DNA of 64,000 bases from an uncultured Gemmatimonadales bacterium (GTDB lineage Bacteria > Gemmatimonadota > Gemmatimonadetes > Gemmatimonadales > GWC2-71-9), in contig CAVVKJ010000010.1 in the NCBI GenBank assembly GCA_963748815.1, forward strand, positions 96,001-160,000, in the 5' to 3' direction. The notes beneath the pieces are model-generated. The model was not told the DNA's origin. It saw only the letters and a program-made list of their open reading frames with translations, and did no database searches. The translations under genes and the position numbers were made by a program. This document shows positions 1-8,874 of this stretch, in pieces (within the stretch, counting starts at the first letter, position 1; every line of letters begins with the position of its first letter).

Positions 1-282
1 TCCGCGGAGGAGCGCGCGCAGGGCGTCGGGTTGAGCGCCGCCCTCCGCGCGGCGCACGAGGCCTGGCGGGGTGGCGAGACGGCGGGAGACCGGTTGACGG
101 CGGTGGCACGGGGAGTGCTTGAGGTGTATCCGGCCGTGCGCCCGGAGTATATTGCCGTCGTCGAACCCGAGGCGCTGGCCCCCGTCGAGGCGGTGGGGGC
201 GGGGTGCCTGATGCTGGTCGCCGCCCGGGTCGGATCGACGAGGCTGATCGACAACGTCATATTCGGGGAAGGGATCCCGTGA
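1..282 (+). CDS. panC: Pantoate-beta-alanine ligase, C-terminal part (5' truncated by window)
   Basis: C-terminal EYIAVV...[14 protein letters not shown] motif; stop overlaps the panD start. Confidence 0.92.
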   Translation, partial: SAEERAQGVGLSAALRAAHEAWRGGETAGDRLTAVARGVLEVYPAVRPEYIAVVEPEALAPVEAVGAGCLMLVAARVGSTRLIDNVIFGEGIP

Positions 283-653
283 TGCAACGACATCTCATGA
301 AGTCCAAGATTCACCGCGCCACCATCACCTCGGCGGACCTCCACTACGAGGGGTCGCTGACGGTGGATGAGGACCTGCTCGACGCCGCCGACCTCCTCGA
401 GCACGAGGAGGTGCAGGTCGTCAACGTCAACAACGGCGCGCGCTTCAGCACCTACGTCATTCCGGGGCCGCGGGGCTCGGGCGTGATCCAGCTGAACGGC
501 GCCGCGGCGCGGCTGGGCATGGCGGGCGACCTCGTCATCGTCATCAGCTACGGCGTCTTCGAGGCCGCGGAGGCGGCGCGGCACACGCCGACCGTCGTCT
601 TCGTCGACGAGCGGAACCGCATCGTCCGCCCCACGCTCCGGGCCGAGGGATAG
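282..653 (+). CDS. panD: Aspartate 1-decarboxylase
   Basis: [15 protein letters not shown] self-cleavage site, [14 protein letters not shown]. Confidence 0.97.
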   Translation: MQRHLMKSKIHRATITSADLHYEGSLTVDEDLLDAADLLEHEEVQVVNVNNGARFSTYVIPGPRGSGVIQLNGAAARLGMAGDLVIVISYGVFEAAEAARHTPTVVFVDERNRIVRPTLRAEG

Positions 654-658
654 GCTCG

Positions 659-1240
659 GTGACCGGCGGCTCCGCGTCGCGCGTCTCTCCCGCACTGCGG
701 CCGACGCTGCCGGGCTGGGCGGAGATCACGCCGGAGCGCATGGCGCACGTCGAGCGGGTGGCCACGCTGGTCTCGAACTGGGCGGAGCGGATGGGCGTCC
801 ACGACTCCGAGCGGAATCGCTGGCTCAAGGCGGTCTGGCTGCACGACGCCCTGCGGGACGCCAGCCGCGAGACGCTGGCGCAGTGGGCGGCGAGTTCCTC
901 CGGGCCGATCGAACTCTGGCACGGGCCGGCCGCCGCCGCGCGCGCCAAGGCGGAGGGGGAGACGGACCGCGGCGTGCTCGACGCGGTGCGGTACCACTCC
1001 CTCGGACTCGCGGAATGGGACATGGTCGGTCGGGTGCTCTACTGCGCCGACTACCTCGAGCCGGGGCGGAATTTCGACGAAGCGGCGCGCGCCGAACTCG
1101 CCGCCCTCTTTCCCCGTGACGTCGCCGGCGTGCTTCGCGCCGTGGCACGCGCGCGGCTCACTTACCTGGCGCGGTCCGGTTGGCCGCTGCCGGAGCCGAT
1201 GGTCCGGTTTTGGAACAGCCTGTCCGTCGTCTCGCCCTGA
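659..1240 (+). CDS. HD-domain hydrolase, YqeK-like (Ap4A hydrolase family)
   Basis: R.AH..RV, LHD, H..AAA, AVRYHS, LYCADYLEPGR motifs. Confidence 0.75.
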   Translation: MTGGSASRVSPALRPTLPGWAEITPERMAHVERVATLVSNWAERMGVHDSERNRWLKAVWLHDALRDASRETLAQWAASSSGPIELWHGPAAAARAKAEGETDRGVLDAVRYHSLGLAEWDMVGRVLYCADYLEPGRNFDEAARAELAALFPRDVAGVLRAVARARLTYLARSGWPLPEPMVRFWNSLSVVSP

Positions 1241-1632
1241 TCGGGGCGGGAGTCCTCCTCCTCGCCTTCCTCGTCATCACGTACCGCTCCTCGCCAACGG
1301 CGCTCCCCGATCACGCCTACCCCATCCCTGGCGACGCCGACCGTCACCTGGTCGAGGTGCTGAACGGGTCGGGACAGGCCGGACTGGCCCGGACGGCAAC
1401 GCGCACGCTGCGCCGCGGCGGTCTCGACGTCATCTTCTTCGGGAATGCCGAGGGGGAAAAGGCGGCGGTCACACAGCTGCTGGTGCGCCGGGGCGACAGC
1501 ACCGCGGCCCGGCGGGCGGCGCGGCTCCTCGGCGTGGGGACCATCGAGTGGAAGCCCGATTCGACCCGGCGCGTGGACGTGACGGTCATCCTCGGCGCCG
1601 ACTACGAGCCGCCCGTGGAAGTGCATCCGTGA
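1180..1632 (+). CDS. LytR C-terminal domain membrane protein (true start uncertain, possibly ~1213)
   Basis: TM helix followed by VEVLNGSGQAGLA...GNA...DVTVILGADY. Confidence 0.8.
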   Translation: MAAAGADGPVLEQPVRRLALIGAGVLLLAFLVITYRSSPTALPDHAYPIPGDADRHLVEVLNGSGQAGLARTATRTLRRGGLDVIFFGNAEGEKAAVTQLLVRRGDSTAARRAARLLGVGTIEWKPDSTRRVDVTVILGADYEPPVEVHP

Positions 1633-2555
1633 GGGTGGCCGCGCTCTGTGTGGGTGCCGCGCTGCTCGCCGCGGGCGAGGGAGCGGCGCAGCAGGTCGCC
1701 GATTCCGGTTTCGCGCCCGTCGTTCCGCGGCCGGCGTTCGCCGAGGGGGCTGGCCCGCTGGTGGCGGTGGACCAGGGTCACCACAATTTTCATACGGCCT
1801 CGGGCCGGTACTACGCCTTCGCGCAACTGCTCCGCCAGGACGGTTTCGTCGTGGACAGCCTCCCCGGTCCGTTCACGGCGGCGTCCCTCAAACCGGTCGA
1901 CGTGCTGGTCATCAGCAATGCCCTCAACGCCCGCAACCTCGGCAACTGGACCGTGCCGACCCCCTCGGCCCTCACCACCGAGGAAATCGCGAACGTGGTG
2001 GCGTGGGTCCGCGCAGGCGGCTCCCTCCTCCTCATCGCCGACCACATGCCGTTTGCTGGAGCAGCCGCCGACCTCGCGGCCGCGCTGGGGGTCCGGCTGA
2101 ACAACGGATTTGCGACCGATCCCGCCGCCGGCAACGGTCCCGACCTGTTCCGGCGATCCGACGGTACCCTCGGGGATCACCCCATCACCGCCGGCCGCGA
2201 CCGGTCCGAGCGAATCGACTCGGTGGCCACCTTCACCGGGTCCGCGCTGCGGGCGAGCGGTGAGTATGCGGTCCTCCTCCGTTTTCGTCCCGGCTTTGTG
2301 TCGCTGGAACCGGACACCGCATGGCAGTTCACACCGGCGACGTCGCGGGTCGAGATTGGCGGCTGGGCGCAGGGGGTGGCAGGGTCGTTCGGTCAGGGGC
2401 GGGTGGTGGTGTTCGGCGAGGCGGCGATGTTCAGCGCCCAGCTGGGGGGACCCGACCGGATCCCGACCGGCATGAACGCGCCCGCCTCGGCCCAGGACGC
2501 GCAGTTTCTGCTCAATACGCTTCACTGGCTGGCGGGGCTGCTTCCCGCCCGCTGA
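1629..2555 (+). CDS. Secreted DUF4350/GATase-like domain protein
   Basis: GTG overlapping the upstream stop; signal peptide; DQGHHNFHT, GGSLLLIADH.PF, GRVVVFGEAAMFSAQ. Confidence 0.65.
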   Translation: MRVAALCVGAALLAAGEGAAQQVADSGFAPVVPRPAFAEGAGPLVAVDQGHHNFHTASGRYYAFAQLLRQDGFVVDSLPGPFTAASLKPVDVLVISNALNARNLGNWTVPTPSALTTEEIANVVAWVRAGGSLLLIADHMPFAGAAADLAAALGVRLNNGFATDPAAGNGPDLFRRSDGTLGDHPITAGRDRSERIDSVATFTGSALRASGEYAVLLRFRPGFVSLEPDTAWQFTPATSRVEIGGWAQGVAGSFGQGRVVVFGEAAMFSAQLGGPDRIPTGMNAPASAQDAQFLLNTLHWLAGLLPAR

Positions 2556-3823
2556 CGCAGTCCGATCACCACGTCCATCACGTTTGTACCGGTGGGTCCC
2601 GTGCGCAGCAGCGCCTCGACGGCATCGAGCGCGTGATAGCTGTCGTGCGAGGCGAGGTCCCGTTCGGGGTCCCGGCCGCGCGCGGCGAGCTGGGCCCAGG
2701 TCGCGCCGTCGACCAGCGCGCCGGCGGCGTCGGTGGGCCCGTCGCGCCCATCTGTGCCTGCCGCCAGCAGCGCGACGCCGGGCACCTCATCCAGTTCGGC
2801 GGCGGCGGCCAGGGCGAGTTCCTGACAGCGCCCACCGAGGCCGGCCGGTTCCGCGCCGAGCGACACGGTCGTCTCCCCGCCCCAGACGAAACAGTTCGCT
2901 CCGCCGCCGCCGGCACGCAGGAACGCCCCGAGTCGGGTGCCGGTCTCCCGCGCCTCACCCGAGAGGTCGGACGCGCCTGCCAGGACGGCGAGGCCGAGTT
3001 CCCTGGCGCGGCGTTCCACCCCGCGGACGGCGAGGCGGTTGCTCGCGATGACGTGCGTGGTCACGTTTCTGAACGCGGCGTCGCCCGGCTTGAGCGTGTC
3101 GGGAAGGGCACCGGACGCCTGGAGCTCGAGGAGGCGTCGGACGGTGGGGGGGAGGTCGCGGGCGGGGGCGAACGCCTCGAGGAGCCCGAGCGTTTCCCGG
3201 GCCATCAGCGGGTCGGGAGCGCAGGGACCCGAACCGACGGTGCCGGGGTCGTCGCCGATGACGTCTGATATGCAGAGGACGGTCACCGGCCGCGGAGCCA
3301 GCGCGGCGGCGAGGCGTCCCGCACCCCAGCGGAGGCAGCGCTTGCGCACCGCGTTCACGACACGGATCTCCTGCCCGCTGCCGAGCAGGAAGTCCCAGAG
3401 GGCGTCGAGGTCGCCGGGGGCGACGCCCTCGACCGGCGCGGCGGTGAGGCTGGAGGCGCCACCGGAGAGCAGGACGAGCGCCTGATGGGTGGCGGGCACA
3501 GCCTGAACTGCCTCGGCGATGGCGATGGCGGCTCGGGCCGAGCCGGGTCCCGGCCGCGGGTGATCGCCGGCAAAGGTGGGCAGCGACACGCTTCCCGGGG
3601 TGCCTTCCGGCGCAATGACGACGCCGCCCGCAAGGGGGAGCCGGGCCGCGGCGAGGGCGGAGAGAGCGGCCCCCGCCATCCCTGGCGCCGCCTTGCCGAG
3701 CGCCAGGATGTGCACGGGGGCGCGGGAGGGGAGCGGTCGCACGGCGAGCTCGCCGAGGACGACGGTGCCCGGGTCCGCCGCGCGCAACGCCGCGCTGTAG
3801 AGATCGAGCAGGAGTTCGCGCAT
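2522..3823 (-). CDS. Glycerate 2-kinase (DUF4147/MOFRL family)
   Basis: LGKAA, GDHP, LLSGGASSL, SDVIGDD, GGETTV, GGRCQE, GTDGRDG, TGTNVMD. Confidence 0.92.
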   Translation of the reverse strand: MRELLLDLYSAALRAADPGTVVLGELAVRPLPSRAPVHILALGKAAPGMAGAALSALAAARLPLAGGVVIAPEGTPGSVSLPTFAGDHPRPGPGSARAAIAIAEAVQAVPATHQALVLLSGGASSLTAAPVEGVAPGDLDALWDFLLGSGQEIRVVNAVRKRCLRWGAGRLAAALAPRPVTVLCISDVIGDDPGTVGSGPCAPDPLMARETLGLLEAFAPARDLPPTVRRLLELQASGALPDTLKPGDAAFRNVTTHVIASNRLAVRGVERRARELGLAVLAGASDLSGEARETGTRLGAFLRAGGGGANCFVWGGETTVSLGAEPAGLGGRCQELALAAAAELDEVPGVALLAAGTDGRDGPTDAAGALVDGATWAQLAARGRDPERDLASHDSYHALDAVEALLRTGPTGTNVMDVVIGLRQRAGSSPASQ

Positions 3824-3867
3824 TCACAAACATGGGGCCGGGACTCCGATCGGCCAAGGAGCAGGCG

Positions 3868-4845
3868 ATGAAGCACTCAGGGCGTCCCGTCGTGACGGTC
3901 ACGCGCCGCCTCCCGGGAGTCGTGGAACGGGCGCTGGCGGAGCGCTTTGACGCACGGCTCAACATCGACGACGTGCCGCTCGACGCGGACGGTCTCCGGG
4001 AGGCGCTGCGCGTCTCGGATGCGGTGCTGTGCGCCGTGTCGGATCGCCTCGATGCCGGCGTGCTCGATGCGGAGCCACTCCGTGCCCAGCTTCTGGCAAA
4101 TTTTGGCGTCGGGTTCGAGCACATCGACCTGGCGGTAGCGCGGGCACGGGGGATCGCGGTCACCAACACCCCCGGCGTGCTGACAGACGACACGGCGGAC
4201 CTGGCAATTGCGCTCATGCTCATGGCGGTCCGCCGGCTCGGCGAGGGGGAGCGGCAGCTTCGCGCAGGCGCATGGGGGGGGTGGTATCCGACCCATCACC
4301 TCGGGCGACGGCTGTCGGGCAAGACGTTGGGCATCGTGGGCATGGGTCGGATCGGGCGGGCGGTGGCGCGGCGGGCGGTGCACGGCTTTGGGATGCGGCT
4401 CCTCTACGCGAGTCGTTCGGAACTCCCAGCCGGTGAGGCCGCGGCGCTCGATGCCGTCCATGTCGACCTCGACCGGGTCTTTGCCGAATCGGACGTCGTG
4501 TCCCTGCATGTGCCGTCGAACGAGTCGACACGGCAACTGGTCGATGCCCGGCGGCTGCAGTTGATGCCTCCGCATGGCATCCTCATCAACACGGCGCGGG
4601 GGGACGTGGTGGACGAGGCCGCCCTGGCCGCGGCGCTCGCCGGCGGGACCATCGCCGGGGCGGGGCTGGATGTCTACGCCGACGAGCCGACGGTGCACCC
4701 CGCGCTCGTGGCGCTCGAGAACGTCGTCCTGCTGCCGCATCTTGGCAGCGCCACCGTGGAGTCGCGCACCGCGATGGGGATGCGGGCGTACGAAAACCTC
4801 GTGGCGTGGAGCGAGGGCCGGGAGTTGCCGGACCGGGTGGTGTGA
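3868..4845 (+). CDS. D-2-hydroxyacid dehydrogenase (glyoxylate/hydroxypyruvate reductase type)
   Basis: NTPGVLTDDTAD, GIVGMGRIG, INTARG, GLDVY, LPHLGSAT; AAGGAG RBS. Confidence 0.92.
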   Translation: MKHSGRPVVTVTRRLPGVVERALAERFDARLNIDDVPLDADGLREALRVSDAVLCAVSDRLDAGVLDAEPLRAQLLANFGVGFEHIDLAVARARGIAVTNTPGVLTDDTADLAIALMLMAVRRLGEGERQLRAGAWGGWYPTHHLGRRLSGKTLGIVGMGRIGRAVARRAVHGFGMRLLYASRSELPAGEAAALDAVHVDLDRVFAESDVVSLHVPSNESTRQLVDARRLQLMPPHGILINTARGDVVDEAALAAALAGGTIAGAGLDVYADEPTVHPALVALENVVLLPHLGSATVESRTAMGMRAYENLVAWSEGRELPDRVV

Positions 4846-5016
4846 GGACACCTCCGCAGTCGCATCGCCGAGCGTGGTATTGACTTCCGGCGCCGCCAGC
4901 GAAGATTGGAGCTACGGGTTCCCCCACCCATCGACCTGCCTGCCGGCGCCTGCCGACGGACTGCCTGGTTCCCAACGATGTCAAACAAGCATGTGACTCT
5001 TCATCCCGGCGGGCAC

Positions 5017-6639
5017 ATGGGCCGAACAGTCGTGGTGCGTCTGGCCGTGGCGGCGATCCTTTGTGCCGCCCAACTTGGCTGCGGAGGTGGGGACGACGGC
5101 GGGGGTGGAGGCGATGGGGGCGGTGGCCCTTCGCCCTCGCCGGCCCCGGTGGCGACCGTCGCAGTCGCGCCGGGCGATACGGCAATCCTCATGGAGAACC
5201 TGGCGCCTCTGCGCGTCGTCCTGCGGGATTCCCTCGGGAATGTGCTGACCGGCCGCTCCGTCTCGTGGAGCTCCTCGGCGTCTGCCACGGTGGCCGTCTC
5301 AGCGGCCGGTGTCGCCACGGGCGCCACCCTCGGCGCGGCGACGATCACCGCGACCGCGGAAGGCCGTTCCGGATCAGCGGTCGTGCGCGTCATTCCCCGC
5401 ATCGTGGTTTCCCCTGGGCTTCCCAGCCTCTTTCCAGGTGACACCATCCTGCTCTCGGCCCAGCTGCAGACGGCGAGTGGGCTTCCGGCGGGGCCGGCGA
5501 CGATCACCTGGACGTCGACCAACCCCGGACTCGCCACCGTGGTCGGCGGCGGGGTGGCGACCGGCGTCGCTCCCGGGGTCGTCCAGGTGACGGCGTCGGC
5601 TGCCGGGGTCACGGCGGGGGTGGACCTGGCCGTGGTGCGTCGGCCGGGAACGGTGACGCGGAAGATCGCCTGGCGCTACCAGGACGGCACGCATCCGCTG
5701 AGCTGCGGGGAGTTTCCGGAGGTCTGGGTGGCCGACCAGGACGGCTCCAACGCCATCCGTGTCAGCGCCGCGGGTGACTACGTGATGGAATTCGCCTGGT
5801 CACCCGATGGTTCGCGACTCGCGGTGCAGTCAACGCTGTACATCTGCAACGGGGGCCCGGCCGTGAGCCGGAGCGCGTTGGTCACCGTCAACGTGGACGG
5901 CTCCGGCGAGGTGTACCTCGGCACGGGGGGTATCCGTCCTCGCTGGTCTCCCGATGGACAGCAGATCGCCTATCGGGACGGCTTTGGCGATCTCCGGGTC
6001 GTGAACAGCGACGGGACCAACCTGCGGAACCTCACACCCGGTGAGGCGGTGGACAATCTCGATCCCGAGTGGTCGCCGGATGGCCGGCTGCTGGTCTACA
6101 AGGTCCAGTCGACCTGGTGCAACGAGCTGTGGGTCATCCGGCCCGACGGGACTGGCCGGCGCCGGATCACGATCCCCACCGGTGTGTGTGACCCGCGGTT
6201 CTCCCCGGATGGCAAGTGGATTTCGTACGTGAGCGCGACCTTTCCGCCGACCGGCAACGGCGCCTGGCTGGTGTCGCCCTGGGGTGGGGCCGCCCTCCCG
6301 ATCTCTCCCAACTGTTCGCCGAACGGATCGTGCGGGGCGCCGGCGTATTATCCAGGCGACTGGCTCTCGGACGGGTATCGCGTCCTGGTTCGCAGCGCGG
6401 ATGTCGGCCCGATCAACGTCTATGACGTTCGGACCGGAGGCTCGACCCCCGTCACGCTGCCCGTGAATGACTCGCAGGTGTGCGGCTGGTCGCCCGACCA
6501 GAGCAAGATCCTCTACCAGTTTCTGGAAACCGACGGCCGGGTGCGGCTGGGGATCATGACGTCGGCAGGCACCAACCTCACCCCGGTCACCGCGTATGGA
6601 CGTGAGGCACATTGCGGGGCTTGGCAGCCGTCGCCCTAG
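5017..6639 (+). CDS. Lipoprotein with two Big_2 Ig domains and a TolB-like (PD40) beta-propeller
   Basis: LGC lipobox, Gly linker, WSSS/WTSTN Ig repeats, repeated WSPDG motifs. Confidence 0.8.
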   Translation: MGRTVVVRLAVAAILCAAQLGCGGGDDGGGGGDGGGGPSPSPAPVATVAVAPGDTAILMENLAPLRVVLRDSLGNVLTGRSVSWSSSASATVAVSAAGVATGATLGAATITATAEGRSGSAVVRVIPRIVVSPGLPSLFPGDTILLSAQLQTASGLPAGPATITWTSTNPGLATVVGGGVATGVAPGVVQVTASAAGVTAGVDLAVVRRPGTVTRKIAWRYQDGTHPLSCGEFPEVWVADQDGSNAIRVSAAGDYVMEFAWSPDGSRLAVQSTLYICNGGPAVSRSALVTVNVDGSGEVYLGTGGIRPRWSPDGQQIAYRDGFGDLRVVNSDGTNLRNLTPGEAVDNLDPEWSPDGRLLVYKVQSTWCNELWVIRPDGTGRRRITIPTGVCDPRFSPDGKWISYVSATFPPTGNGAWLVSPWGGAALPISPNCSPNGSCGAPAYYPGDWLSDGYRVLVRSADVGPINVYDVRTGGSTPVTLPVNDSQVCGWSPDQSKILYQFLETDGRVRLGIMTSAGTNLTPVTAYGREAHCGAWQPSP

Positions 6640-6748
6640 GAGGCGGGGGTCGACTTCCTCATTGCTCCGGATCAGGTCGGTCACCGAGTGATGCGCCGAT
6701 GAATGCGCCCCGGGCGAGCTCCCCCGGGGCGTCGTCTTCGGGGACCTC

Positions 6749-7273
6749 CTACTGGACCTTGACCTGGCCCTTGGGCATTGGCAGCAGCGGCAGGTCCGGG
6801 GCATCCTGGCAGGTGATCGTCCCGTCGGTGTAATACGATCCGGCGATCGCGTCCGGCGGGTCCTTCGCGGAGGTGCCGTTATCCTCCACCATGGTGAGGA
6901 TGAACGCTCCCATGTCTTCGGCGGTCCCGCCCGTCACGACCCCGCTCACCCAGGCCCGGTTGCCCACGACCTGCAGGCAGTCCACGGTGACATGGATGCT
7001 CCCACGCCCGTCCTTCCACTGATCCGTGAACTGTCCGCTGACGCTGCCGTCGGCGCGCTGCATCGCCACCATGGAGAAGTTCTTGTCGACCCCGGGGCCC
7101 AGGGCGTCCGGGCCGCCCACCGATACCCGGTGCAGGAATTGCGAGCCCTTGACGTTCAGCGACATCGGGGCGTTCGCGGCTGAACTGGCTGCCGGCACAG
7201 GGTCGGTGAGTTCCGCATTGCAGGCGGCCAGGCAGACGCTGACAGCGGCGAGTGCGAGGGTGTGGCGAAGCAT
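6749..7273 (-). CDS. Hypothetical lipoprotein
   Basis: GAGGAGG RBS; LAAC lipobox; beta-rich domain (VDCLQVVGNRAWVSG, VEDNG). Confidence 0.7.
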   Translation of the reverse strand: MLRHTLALAAVSVCLAACNAELTDPVPAASSAANAPMSLNVKGSQFLHRVSVGGPDALGPGVDKNFSMVAMQRADGSVSGQFTDQWKDGRGSIHVTVDCLQVVGNRAWVSGVVTGGTAEDMGAFILTMVEDNGTSAKDPPDAIAGSYYTDGTITCQDAPDLPLLPMPKGQVKVQ

Positions 7274-7353
7274 GGGTTTCCTCCTCAGGCTGTGTGATTG
7301 GTTGAATGGCGACACGACCTGTCGTGGCCGAGGGTTCAATCAGCGCGGGAGGG

Positions 7354-7370
7354 GTCAAGGGATCGTCAAG
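7354..7370 (-). promoter_or_regulatory. CTTGAC-N5-CTTGAC direct repeat (putative operator or -35 element)
   Basis: GTCAAG at 7354 and 7365 on the + strand, ~80 bp upstream of the lipoprotein start; same motif at 19241. Confidence 0.45.
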
Positions 7371-7401
7371 CGTGGCAGCATCGGGGTGGCCACCCGCTGC
7401 G

Positions 7402-7434
7402 AAACGAAGGAGCCCCGGGTTGCCCCGGGGCCCC
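7402..7434 (-). terminator. Rho-independent terminator after the haloperoxidase-like gene
   Basis: Minus strand GGGGCCCCGGG-GCAA-CCCGGGGCTCC followed by TTCGTTT. Confidence 0.75.
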
Positions 7435-7465
7435 TATTCGAGTTGAACAACGGGCGATGGTGCCG

Positions 7466-8687
7466 CTACGGCATCACGGCCACGTCGTCGAGATTGGTCC
7501 GCAGCGCCTTGCGCGCCACCTTGCGGCCCAGGGCGATCCCGGCGTCCATGTCGAAGCGATAGTGGATGCCACCGTACAGCCGCGACAGGCTCGCCTCCTG
7601 GGACATCGCATCCAGGTCGGACGCCTCACGCGGGAAGAACGCCATCAGGACGCCGCTCATCGATCCCGACACGCAGGAGTGCGCCGAGGGATAGGAAGGG
7701 TGCGGCGGGAGCCCGATCGGCAGGGTGATGCCGGCATCGGCCTGCGGCGGGCGGATGAACCAGTAGGCGTACTTCGCGTCGAAGCACCCCACCAGGGCGT
7801 CGAACATGGCGCTGTTCATCAGGAACATGATGCGGGCGGCTCCGGCGTCGCCGACGCGGTACTTGCGGATCAGTTCGACCGCCTTGTTGTTGAACGGGGC
7901 GTTGCGCCGGCCGGACTGCTGGAGGTTCCAGTACTGAGCGGTCGCGAGCTGCTCCGCGGTCCGGGTGTCGGAGATCTGGCGAACTTCCCCGAGGGCGCTC
8001 AGGTAGGTCGGGCGAGCCGAACATCGGCGCCGGCCGGACGGTACTGGCGTCGGACGACGCAGGTAGAAGGGGCGCGCGCGATAGTTCCCGCGCACGATCG
8101 GACCACCGCTCCACTTCCAGATACCCGTCACCGATCGGGGGCGTGCCCGGGTCGGCCAGGCCCACCCGGTCGCCGGCGGCCCAGGCCATCACCGCGGCGC
8201 CGACATCGGCGCCAAGGTCGGCGCCCTCGACGAAGTCGTCGTCGTGCCCCTTGCCGGGCACCGCGGCGGCCTGGGTGGCCAGGGCCGCCGCGATCTCCGC
8301 CGCATCGTTCGGGAAGAAGGCCGTCAGGACCGCGGCCGAGGCCCCACCGATGGCGGCCGAGATCGAAACGCGATCACGGTATCGACGGTGGAACCACCGG
8401 TGGTGGTGGTGCTCGCGACGGCTGTCCGCTGCCGCCTCCGCGGCACGGAACTGGGCGAGCGACAGATAGGCGTAGAGACGGCCCTGGTCGATCGCCGTCC
8501 GGTCCGCCAGCGAGGTCGCCAGTTCGTTCCAGCTGGTGGTGGCGCCGGCGTCGTCGTGGCGGCCTCCCGAGGCGGTGACATTCGGGGTCGCGACTCCCGA
8601 TTCCGTGGGGTCGGTGGCCGTCTCGCTGCAACCGACGGCGAAGACGGCGCCGGTCAGGATGGCCAAGGTGCGGAAATGGAGCTTCAC
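7466..8687 (-). CDS. Vanadium-dependent haloperoxidase / PAP2-family lipoprotein (apparent frameshifts ~8020-8135)
   Basis: AAGGAGG RBS + GTG, AVGC lipobox, WNELA; C-terminal KYAYWFIRP, HPSYPSAH, SRLYGGIHYRFD; split between ORFs 7626..8786 and 7466..8131. Confidence 0.8.
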
Positions 8688-8874
8688 GGCTTCCTCCTTG
8701 CACTGAGTTTCGACCACCCGAAACCGGGCGGTGTCCCCGCGGGCTGGCGGGCCTCTGGCGACGCCTCGAAGTCGGCGTACATTCACACAGGTACTCGTCC
8801 CGAATCACCCGCCCGTTACCAAGCCGTTATTCGAGTCCGATCACGTTGTCACCCGCTTCTCACAGGGCGGCTGA

